NCBI GenBank assembly: GCA_047624545.1
Contig: JBLHPX010000001.1
Location: 1 to 24,176 of the forward strand
DNA: 24,176 bases
DNA from: Ulvibacter sp.
GTDB taxonomy: Bacteria; Pseudomonadota; Alphaproteobacteria; Rickettsiales; UBA1997
Direction: 5' to 3'
Positions 1 to 7,289 of the stretch are shown here, in pieces (positions within the stretch are counted from its first letter, which is position 1; every line of letters starts with the position of its first letter). Under the pieces are notes generated by a model. The model had not been told where the DNA came from, ran no database searches, and was given only the letters and a program-made list of their open reading frames with translations. Position numbers and translations under genes: made by a program.

Positions 1-610
1 CGATTTATTGATAGAGTTGCATAAAATAAACTTATCTTGCGTCGATTTGCCAGAATATAATAACAAATTACTACTAAAAGAATTGGTAGTATTCATCGAT
101 TATTACCTAAAATTCATTGAGCATAGAGACTTATCAAAGAAAGAAAGGCAAGAATTTAAAGAAATATGGTTAGAATTATTTCAAAAACTATCAAATGATA
201 AATTTTTAGTTCTCAGAGATTACCATGCTGACAATCTATTTTTCTTAGAAAAAAGATGCTCTTACAAAAAAATTGGCCTCATTGATTTTCAAGATGCGGT
301 TTTAGGATCTAGAGCCTACGACCTAATGTCACTCCTGCAAGATGCCAGAAGAGATGTGTCAAAAAATTTAGAACAAAATATGATTAATCATTATATAAAG
401 AGCGCCAATATAGATTCTGCATCATTTATAACGGATTACAAAATTTTGTCCCTACAAAGAAACATTAAAATATTAGGCGTTTTCGCGAAGCAGGGGTTTT
501 TATATAGAAACAAAAGATATCTTGATTTAATACCAAGAGTATTGGAATATGTACTAAGAAACTTAGAAGAGAAAAATTTTAACAATCTTAAATTACTATT
601 AAAATGGTGA
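1..610 (+). CDS. Aminoglycoside/choline phosphotransferase-family kinase, AmgK (anomeric MurNAc/GlcNAc kinase)-like; 5'-truncated by window edge
   Basis: Brenner-type motif LVLRDYHADNL, metal-binding IGLIDFQDA, then GSRAYDLMSLLQDAR and LQRNIKILGVFA, typical of AmgK-like APH proteins. The frame is open from base 2, so the TTG at 8 is probably not the real start. Confidence 0.82.
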   Translation, partial: DLLIELHKINLSCVDLPEYNNKLLLKELVVFIDYYLKFIEHRDLSKKERQEFKEIWLELFQKLSNDKFLVLRDYHADNLFFLEKRCSYKKIGLIDFQDAVLGSRAYDLMSLLQDARRDVSKNLEQNMINHYIKSANIDSASFITDYKILSLQRNIKILGVFAKQGFLYRNKRYLDLIPRVLEYVLRNLEEKNFNNLKLLLKW

Positions 611-1098
611 GAGATTTTGACGACCCAGATTCACTATATAACAGCAACATACTGAATCAAATAGCCTCTGAATTGAAAAAAGAGAGGCAGGATATAGAAG
701 AGCTATCTGTCATATTGCACAGTCTAAACGAATCTTTTCGAGACTCCTCTAAGTCAGATATATCAAACCCCGTCAGACTAGCGCTAAAATTAAAAAAATT
801 AAATTCAAATTATAGAGAAATATTCTTTAATTTAATTAACATAGCCGTCAATGATTCAAAAAACGGCTCTTTTATCACCTTAAATTACAACAAGGTCTAC
901 TATTTTGCAGACCTACGACAAGTCAAAGCTCTTAATCTTGTATATAAAAATATTCTTCACTCTAGAGAGGGTGGCGGAGAATTTACTGAGAAAGAGTTTA
1001 AAAATTTTATTACTAAGTGCTCCAATATAGTAAACGAAATTGTGTCGACAATTATTACTAGACCGGACACCGATCTAATAATCAAAAAGACAAGGTAA
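604..1098 (+). CDS. Hypothetical protein (164 aa), probably helical and cytoplasmic
   Basis: ATG at 604 overlaps the upstream TGA (ATGGTGA), suggesting translational coupling. No family motif recognised. Confidence 0.65.
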   Translation: MVRDFDDPDSLYNSNILNQIASELKKERQDIEELSVILHSLNESFRDSSKSDISNPVRLALKLKKLNSNYREIFFNLINIAVNDSKNGSFITLNYNKVYYFADLRQVKALNLVYKNILHSREGGGEFTEKEFKNFITKCSNIVNEIVSTIITRPDTDLIIKKTR

Positions 1099-1249
1099 CA
1101 ACCAATAATAACTTAAATATTTTTCAAATATTTTTTCTTTTAGATTTTCTTTTTAATCGAAATCGTAACTAGGCTACTTCAAGACTAAAAACGAAGTAAT
1201 AAAAGAAAAAAAACAGAGAAAATGTTCAAGTTATTATTGGTTGTTACCT
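1093..1249. repeat. Inverted-repeat element: perfect 22-bp arms with imperfect inner extension
   Basis: AGGTAACAACCAATAATAACTT at 1093-1114 is the exact reverse complement of 1228-1249. Imperfect pairing continues inward for about 25 more nt (T-rich left arm, A-rich right arm). Confidence 0.9.
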
Positions 1250-1344
1250 AAGTTTAATAGATATCGAAGACGCGTAAATTCATCATTAACCATTTACGAC
1301 CTCATATTTTTACTCAGAAAACCCTTTAACTTAAGCGGACGACA

Positions 1345-2574
1345 TTAAACGGACATTAAGTAATCAATTATCTTTTTTATAAAATTATTTTTAACTTCAA
1401 AATCTGTCCTTATCTCCTTCTTCATTACCTGCTTTAAAAAAGTAATCATGCCCAAGGCGACAGAGAATGAAGGGTTGTTCAAGTCTTTTTGTAGGTTTTT
1501 AATTCCAACAGGGTTGCCAATAGTAACATTCTTGCCAAAAATATTACTAACTAATTTCTCGATACCAATCATGTTAGAGACGCCTCCAGATAAAATAATA
1601 TTGTGAATTGCATATGAAGAATATCCAGACTCTTCTAAGTCGCTTTTTATCATATGAATAATTTCCTCCAATCTTGCCGCCATAATATTCTTTAACTCAA
1701 TTTTGGTTAATTGAATTAACTTGTTAGGATATTCCTCATCATTGTCGAATTTAAAATTAACCAGCTCTTTCTCTTTTATTGGACTAACGATCAAGGAGTT
1801 ATTTAGCAGCTTAATGCTTTCGGCAATATTTAAATTAACATTTAATATTGATGCTATATCTCTAGTAATGTGCATTCCACCCAACCTACAATTACCGATA
1901 TGATGCAATTTATTGTCAACAATAATCGCAAATGAAGTTGAGCCTCCTCCAATATCAATAACTAAAGTGCCAAAATTTAACTCATTCTTACTCATCACAC
2001 CAAGTGAAGCAGAATAAGCGTCGGAAATATAGTTATTAACGGAGATTGTAGAAAACCTCATGCAATTCTCTATGTTTTTAATAATACTATTGTGAGCTGA
2101 TATAATATAAAATTTAGCAGATAGTTGGTCACCAGACATATATCTTGGGTTTAAAACCTTGGTGACGTGATCTATCTTATACTCCAAAGGAATTAGATGA
2201 ATAATCTCTCTCTTGTCGCCTTTAAAATCTGACTTAATATCAAAAACTAAGGATGCTATGTCAGAGTTGTTGACAATCTTCGATGATATTTTGTTACTAA
2301 CTAACTTTGTGGCAACATCTAACCTAAAACCAGAAACATTTACCGCTAATTTACTTATATTAAAGCCAGCCATTTTTTCTGCATCAGAAATGGTTTTGGT
2401 AATAGCAAGTTGAGCGAGTTTCATGTCAGTTATGGCGGAAGAAAATATACCAACAGACTGTCTATAGCCATAGCCAACGACTCTAATATTTTTATCAGAA
2501 ATCTCGGCAATAATACATACCAACTTAGTAGTTCCTATATCTAAAGCTGCAACTATTTTGCCTTTAATAGACAT
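1345..2574 (-). CDS. ftsA: Cell division protein FtsA
   Basis: N-terminal ALDIGTTKLVCIIAE, phosphate-2 motif VIDIGGGSTS, GGMHITRDIA, ILSGGVSNMIGI, and a C-terminal amphipathic helix (FIKKIIDYL). Confidence 0.96.
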   Translation of the reverse strand: MSIKGKIVAALDIGTTKLVCIIAEISDKNIRVVGYGYRQSVGIFSSAITDMKLAQLAITKTISDAEKMAGFNISKLAVNVSGFRLDVATKLVSNKISSKIVNNSDIASLVFDIKSDFKGDKREIIHLIPLEYKIDHVTKVLNPRYMSGDQLSAKFYIISAHNSIIKNIENCMRFSTISVNNYISDAYSASLGVMSKNELNFGTLVIDIGGGSTSFAIIVDNKLHHIGNCRLGGMHITRDIASILNVNLNIAESIKLLNNSLIVSPIKEKELVNFKFDNDEEYPNKLIQLTKIELKNIMAARLEEIIHMIKSDLEESGYSSYAIHNIILSGGVSNMIGIEKLVSNIFGKNVTIGNPVGIKNLQKDLNNPSFSVALGMITFLKQVMKKEIRTDFEVKNNFIKKIIDYLMSV

Positions 2575-2793
2575 GATTAATTAAAAGGAAGTTAGAAAAT
2601 TACTGAGAACACAAAAAAATAAAAGTAACTAAAAAATTATTTAATTGCAAGCTTGATGTTAAATGCTGTAATATAATTTTGGCTTAAATAAAAACTTGAA
2701 AATTGTTAATAATTATTTGATAATTAAACTTAATATCAAATCTAATTTAAAGATAAGCAACTTTAACAAGATATTTTTTAACAAAAAAATACA

Positions 2794-3339
2794 ATGAACA
2801 AAAAACATACGCCATTAATGCCAAAAGCTACGTCTATTTGGTTAATAGATAATACATCCTTAACGTTTAAGCAAATTTCTGAATTTTGTGATATGCATAT
2901 CCTAGAGATTCAAGCAATTGCTGATGGAAATATCGCCTCAAACATCCTACCTCAAAGTCCAATATCATCAGGTCAGTTGACAAAAGAAATTATTACAAAC
3001 TGCGAAGAAAACCCGGACCTAAAAATTACAATCAACGAAAAGGCAATAATTGAAATAAAAATTAAGGGTAAAAAAACTAGATATATTCCTATCGCCAGAA
3101 GAGGTGATAAGCCAGATGCAATTATGTATATCATTAAAAATTACCCAGATATCGACAAAAACAAAGTAAAAAAACTTATCGGAACAACCTCCAATATGAT
3201 AGATTCAATTACCAATAAAACATATTGGAACTATAAGGAGTTAAAGCCAAGAGACCCTGTTTTGCTAGGTCTCTGTAGTCAGTCAGATTTTAATAAGTTA
3301 TTAGAAGAATCTGGAGTTAAAACAGATCAATCAAACTAA
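2794..3339 (+). CDS. trcR: DUF1013 family protein (TrcR-like cell-cycle transcription regulator)
   Basis: PLMPKATSIWLIDNTSLTFKQISEFC.MH.LEIQAIADG, RYIPIARRGDKPDAI, LIGTT and KPRDPVLLGLCSQ are hallmark DUF1013 segments. DUF1013 is TrcR in Caulobacter. Confidence 0.9.
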   Translation: MNKKHTPLMPKATSIWLIDNTSLTFKQISEFCDMHILEIQAIADGNIASNILPQSPISSGQLTKEIITNCEENPDLKITINEKAIIEIKIKGKKTRYIPIARRGDKPDAIMYIIKNYPDIDKNKVKKLIGTTSNMIDSITNKTYWNYKELKPRDPVLLGLCSQSDFNKLLEESGVKTDQSN

Positions 3340-3341
3340 TT

Positions 3342-3806
3342 ATGTCTATAGAAGTTGGGAGTGTCGCACCTTGGATTACATCATGTTGTGAAGATGGCAC
3401 TAAAATTGAACTTAGCGACTTAAGAGGTCAGAATATAGTTCTTTATTTTTATCCAAAAGATGACACTCCGGGCTGCACTATTGAAGCACAAGATTTTACA
3501 AAATATCTGCCAGAATTTGAAAAATTAAAAACAATAATTCTGGGGGTCTCAAAAGATTCTAAAGCCAGTCACTGTAAATTTATTGAAAAATACAATATCG
3601 GCTTTAACTTAATCGCAGATGAAGATAAAAAACTATGCGAAACCTACGCAGTTTTAAAAGAAAAATCAATGTTTGGTAAAAAATATCAAGGTATTGAGCG
3701 AAGTACTTTCTTAATTGATGCCGACGGAAATATTGTAAAAATATGGCGAAATGTTAAGGTTAAAAATCATGCTGAAGAAGTTATTAGAACTATCAAAATC
3801 ATATAA
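3342..3806 (+). CDS. bcp: Peroxiredoxin Bcp/PrxQ
   Basis: VLYFYPKDDTPGCTIEAQDF peroxidatic motif, second Cys in ASHCKF, ERSTFLID. Confidence 0.95.
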   Translation: MSIEVGSVAPWITSCCEDGTKIELSDLRGQNIVLYFYPKDDTPGCTIEAQDFTKYLPEFEKLKTIILGVSKDSKASHCKFIEKYNIGFNLIADEDKKLCETYAVLKEKSMFGKKYQGIERSTFLIDADGNIVKIWRNVKVKNHAEEVIRTIKII

Positions 3807-4874
3807 TTGACAGATCATACTCCTGCAAATATTAATATTGGTATTTTTGGCGGAGGCCAACTTGGCGACATGCTTTCTTGCGCAGCTCAAAACCTTGGTT
3901 ATAAAACAACGATATTTACCAACGACAAAAACTCTCCTGCTATTAAAAACTCAACCAACTACATTCTATCAAGCTATCAAGATAAAAAAAATCTCTTAAA
4001 GTTTGCGGAAGAAGTTGACGTTGTAACGTTGGAGTTTGAGAATATTCCGCCAGAATCTATAGATTTTATTGAAAAGTATTGTCCAATCTTCCCAAATAGT
4101 AGAGTTCTAAGTATAGCTAGGGATCGACTTTTGGAAAAATCATTCATGACAAAAAATAATATTAAAACTACTAGATTCTCCGCCATCAATAATCAGAATA
4201 ATTTTTTAGAACAATTGCAAAAATTTAATTATAAAGCAATTTTAAAAACTAACCAAATGGGCTATGATGGTCGAGGTCAATATCTAGTCAAAGATCGTAA
4301 CTACCTACCAGAAATTAATTTTTATAAAGAGAGATATATTTTAGAAGAATTTGTGCCCTTTGAAAAGGAAATTTCAGTGATGATTGTTCGTGACCAATTA
4401 GGGGTGACCTCTTGCTATGAGCCGTTAGAAAATAAACATAAAAATGGGATTCTTGACACCAGCTCCTACCCGGCCAGAATCAGTGATAAAACAAGAGATA
4501 ATGCCAAAATTATTGCCCAAAAAATTATTGAAAACTTAGATATGGTTGGATTACTCGGAGTTGAGTTTTTTGTACTTAAGGATGGTGAATTGCTGGTTAA
4601 TGAGGTAGCGCCAAGGCCTCATAATTCTGGTCATTTTTCAATGGATGGGGCGAAAACTTGTCAATTTGAACAATTAATTAGAGTTATCTGTAAATTACCA
4701 CTTGGAAATGTAGATTTTAATAAAAAGGGATATATGAAAAATCTCGTAGGTAATGATGTATTAAAAATAGACAAATTAACCAACGGACAATCATGCAAAA
4801 CTTATCTATATAACAAGAAGGAAGTAAAGCCAGGTAGAAAAATGGGACACATCAACTTTATCAATAATGACTAA
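3807..4874 (+). CDS. purK: N5-carboxyaminoimidazole ribonucleotide synthase (ATP-grasp)
   Basis: IGIFGGGQLGDM, DVVTLEFENIP, ARDRLLEK, GYDGRGQ, NEVAPRPHNSGH, PGRKMGH. TTG start directly follows the bcp stop. Confidence 0.95.
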   Translation: MTDHTPANINIGIFGGGQLGDMLSCAAQNLGYKTTIFTNDKNSPAIKNSTNYILSSYQDKKNLLKFAEEVDVVTLEFENIPPESIDFIEKYCPIFPNSRVLSIARDRLLEKSFMTKNNIKTTRFSAINNQNNFLEQLQKFNYKAILKTNQMGYDGRGQYLVKDRNYLPEINFYKERYILEEFVPFEKEISVMIVRDQLGVTSCYEPLENKHKNGILDTSSYPARISDKTRDNAKIIAQKIIENLDMVGLLGVEFFVLKDGELLVNEVAPRPHNSGHFSMDGAKTCQFEQLIRVICKLPLGNVDFNKKGYMKNLVGNDVLKIDKLTNGQSCKTYLYNKKEVKPGRKMGHINFINND

Positions 4875-5763
4875 GCTAGAATATGTGAATCAAAAAGATG
4901 GTTTTCTCGGAGTTAAAGAAAATTATCTAAAAAATGTTGAAGACGCAAAAGTTATAGTAATTCCATTTGGCATGGAATCTTCTTCAAAGTTTAATACAGG
5001 AACCAGAACAGGGCCAAGGGCAATAATTAGAGCCTCTCATCAATTAGAATTGTTTGACGAAGAGTATGGTGTTGAAAGTTATAGAGATATTGGGATCAGA
5101 ACATTGGCTGAACATAGAATTGAATATAATGCCACAAAAGCCTTAAGCGATCTTGAGAATATAGTAGAGAAAGTGATAGCAAAAAATAAAATTCCACTAA
5201 TATTGGGTGGAGAACAAACTTTAACCTCTGGAGCCATTAAGCCATTCATAAAAAAATATGAAGATCTTGCAATATTACATTTTGACTCCCGCACCAACCT
5301 AAAAAATCCAGATTCAGAAGGTGGCTACTCCGCCCTCTCTTCAATTAGAAAAATTACAGAAAATAAAATTTCTAAAATTATATCTTGCGGTATCAGGAGT
5401 ATGTCAAAAGAAGAAAAAGAGTTTATTGATCAAAATCAAGATATCTTTGAAATACATTATGCCAAAGATATGGACAGGTGGGATAAAAGAGAAATAACAG
5501 CAAGTCTTAAGGGGAAGAAAGTTTACTTAACATTTGACCTTTCAGGGTTTGACTCAAGCGTTATGCCGGCAACTGGAATGCCAGAACCAAATGGATTTTT
5601 CTGGCCAGATGCCATGAGAATCATAAAACAAGCAGCTAAAATTAGTGATATAGTTGGAATTGATATAGTTGAATTAGCGCCAATTTCATACTTACATTCC
5701 TGCGATATTCTGGCCGCCAAATTAGGGTATAAAATTTTAAGTCACATCTTCAATCAAAAATAA
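4867..5763 (+). CDS. speB: Agmatinase/ureohydrolase-family protein with degenerate metal site (probable pseudoenzyme)
   Basis: Arginase fold motifs G...GP.AI..AS, IPLILGGE, SCGIRS, PATGMPEPNG, GIDIVELAP. Metal ligands altered: GGEH>GGEQ, DAHxD>DSRTN, DxD>DLS. Start overlaps the purK stop (ATGACTAA-type overlap). Confidence 0.85.
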   Translation: MTKLEYVNQKDGFLGVKENYLKNVEDAKVIVIPFGMESSSKFNTGTRTGPRAIIRASHQLELFDEEYGVESYRDIGIRTLAEHRIEYNATKALSDLENIVEKVIAKNKIPLILGGEQTLTSGAIKPFIKKYEDLAILHFDSRTNLKNPDSEGGYSALSSIRKITENKISKIISCGIRSMSKEEKEFIDQNQDIFEIHYAKDMDRWDKREITASLKGKKVYLTFDLSGFDSSVMPATGMPEPNGFFWPDAMRIIKQAAKISDIVGIDIVELAPISYLHSCDILAAKLGYKILSHIFNQK

Positions 5764-5809
5764 AACTCCTACATTAGGACCGACTTTTTCAAGAATTCAC
5801 ACCCTATCA

Positions 5810-6382
5810 ATGCACATAATATCTGGAAAATATAGAGGAAAAAAACTATTAGAACCGGAAAGGTCCGATAAATTACGCCCGACTAGCAATAAAAATCTTA
5901 AAAATATTATAAATATCTTATATTCAGGCGGTTTATTAAAAAGTTTAGACATAAAGATTGTAGAAATTAAGTTGCTAGACTTATTTGCTGGAACCGGAAT
6001 TTTTAGCTTTGAAAATTTATCTCAAAACATCTCATCTACAACATTAATTGACATCAATCAGAAAAATTTGGATATAATTAGAAAAAACTCTAAACTCGTC
6101 GGCGAAGAGGGTAATGTTCATACAATAAAATGTGATTTAAAAAATGGACTTCCCGAATTAAAACAAAAATACAATCTGATTTTTATTGACCCGCCATACA
6201 ACAAAAACTTAACAGAAAAAATTTTTTTAGATTTAGAAAACCTCAATTATCTTGAAAAAAAACACCTAATCATTATAGAGAGCGCCAAAAAAGAAGAGTT
6301 AAAGCTTGATCCATATAAGTTTAAAATTCTTAAAGAAAGGAGTTACGGTAATAGTAGATTTGGTTTTTTTATAAAATCATAA
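5810..6382 (+). CDS. rsmD: 16S rRNA (guanine966-N2)-methyltransferase RsmD
   Basis: MHIISGKYRGKKL, LRPTS, SAM motif LLDLFAGTG, IFIDPPY, C-terminal RSYGNS. Confidence 0.9.
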   Translation: MHIISGKYRGKKLLEPERSDKLRPTSNKNLKNIINILYSGGLLKSLDIKIVEIKLLDLFAGTGIFSFENLSQNISSTTLIDINQKNLDIIRKNSKLVGEEGNVHTIKCDLKNGLPELKQKYNLIFIDPPYNKNLTEKIFLDLENLNYLEKKHLIIIESAKKEELKLDPYKFKILKERSYGNSRFGFFIKS

Positions 6383-6436
6383 TATTTTATAAATAAGAAA
6401 TCTTGGTATGTATGAAAGTCTTTTTTTACAGATAAA

Positions 6437-6571
6437 TTGTTTACTTTTTTCTTCATTTTTCTAATATTGTACCACTTCCTATTTATAATGTGGTATGTAG
6501 TAAAATATTTTAAGGTTAAAATTGTTAAAAAACTACTGTCTTTGTTAATAGGGTACGAGGCTTTTTGGTAA
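6437..6571 (+). CDS. Possible small membrane protein (44 aa, TTG start) or frameshifted remnant, paralog of 17025-17213
   Basis: LFTFFFIFLILYHFLFIMWYVVKYFKVKIVKKLLSLLIGYEAFW: hydrophobic stretch then KYFKVKIVKK, shared with the 62-aa ORF. After a 1-nt deletion near 6543 the homologous reading continues in another frame (VNRVRGFLVIKSLKD). Confidence 0.3.
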   Translation: MFTFFFIFLILYHFLFIMWYVVKYFKVKIVKKLLSLLIGYEAFW

Positions 6572-6592
6572 TCAAAAGCTTAAAAGATGAAG
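6461..6592 (+). repeat. Dispersed repeat, copy 1 (paralog of 17064-17196)
   Basis: Manual alignment gives 106/133 identical columns with one gap. Identical 25-nt core TAAAATATTTTAAGGTTAAAATTGT. Confidence 0.88.
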
Positions 6593-6638
6593 CTAGGTCA
6601 TGCTATTACTTAATGTCTAAATCCAAAATAAAAATGTA

Positions 6639-7289
6639 ATGAGCAAAGAATTAATATTGGCAATTCCCAAGGGTCGAATATTGAAAGATCTATCTAAGAT
6701 ATTAGATCGCTCTGATATTAAGATTGAAGATGATTTTTTTGATGAGAGTTCTCGTAAATTACTCTTCTCTTCCAATATAGATAATCTTAAAATTATTAAA
6801 ATTAGAAGTTTTGATATCGCTAATTTTGTTAGGCTCGGCGCCGCAGATATTGCAATCTGTGGTCACGATGTTTTAGAAGAGTTTTCGTCAGATCAAATTT
6901 ACCCTTTATTAGACTTAAATATTGGCAAATGTCGCTTGTCAATTGCGGCCAACAATTCTAGCAAGAAGGATTTCCGTAATGAAAGTCACGTTAGAATAGC
7001 GACTAAATATGTTAACATATCAACTAAATATTTCTCTAATTTAGGAATTCAAGCTGAAGCAATTAAGCTAAATGGAGCTATGGAACTGGCCCCAAGGTTA
7101 AACTTGTCTGACTATATCGTAGATTTAGTTGATAGCGGCAGGACATTAAAAGAAAATAATTTAATCGAAATAGAAAAAATAATGGATGTTAGTTCCTACT
7201 TAATAACTAATGTAAACTCCTTTAAGACAAAAAAGAATGAAATTAATAATATTATTGAAATATTAAAAAATATTAATGTCACTAATTAG
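6639..7289 (+). CDS. hisG: ATP phosphoribosyltransferase, short form (HisZ-dependent)
   Basis: LILAIPKGRI, ADIAICGHDVLEE, LNIGKCRLSIA, RIATKY, GAMELAP, IVDLVDSGRTLKEN. At 216 aa it lacks the C-terminal regulatory domain. Confidence 0.95.
   Translation: MSKELILAIPKGRILKDLSKILDRSDIKIEDDFFDESSRKLLFSSNIDNLKIIKIRSFDIANFVRLGAADIAICGHDVLEEFSSDQIYPLLDLNIGKCRLSIAANNSSKKDFRNESHVRIATKYVNISTKYFSNLGIQAEAIKLNGAMELAPRLNLSDYIVDLVDSGRTLKENNLIEIEKIMDVSSYLITNVNSFKTKKNEINNIIEILKNINVTN

Noticed and set aside
1234-1293. 19-codon minus-strand ORF with a GAGGT RBS-like motif downstream of ftsA
   Set aside because: Too short to support; its stop falls in the inverted-repeat arm and may be incidental.
1331-1360. Short imperfect duplication at the ftsA stop (CGGACGACATTAA / CGGACATTAA)
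   Set aside because: About 10 bp only; no associated element recognised.
2581-2720. CtrA-like TTAA-N7-TTAA near-matches (TTAA-N7-TTAG at 2581, TTAA-N7-TTGA near 2706) in the ftsA/trcR intergenic region
   Set aside because: Both are imperfect, and such matches are expected by chance at this AT content.
5870-6040. Divergent RsmD motifs (RPTSNKNLKN instead of RPTxDxVRE)
   Set aside because: SAM-binding and DPPY catalytic motifs are intact, so general divergence explains it without loss of function.
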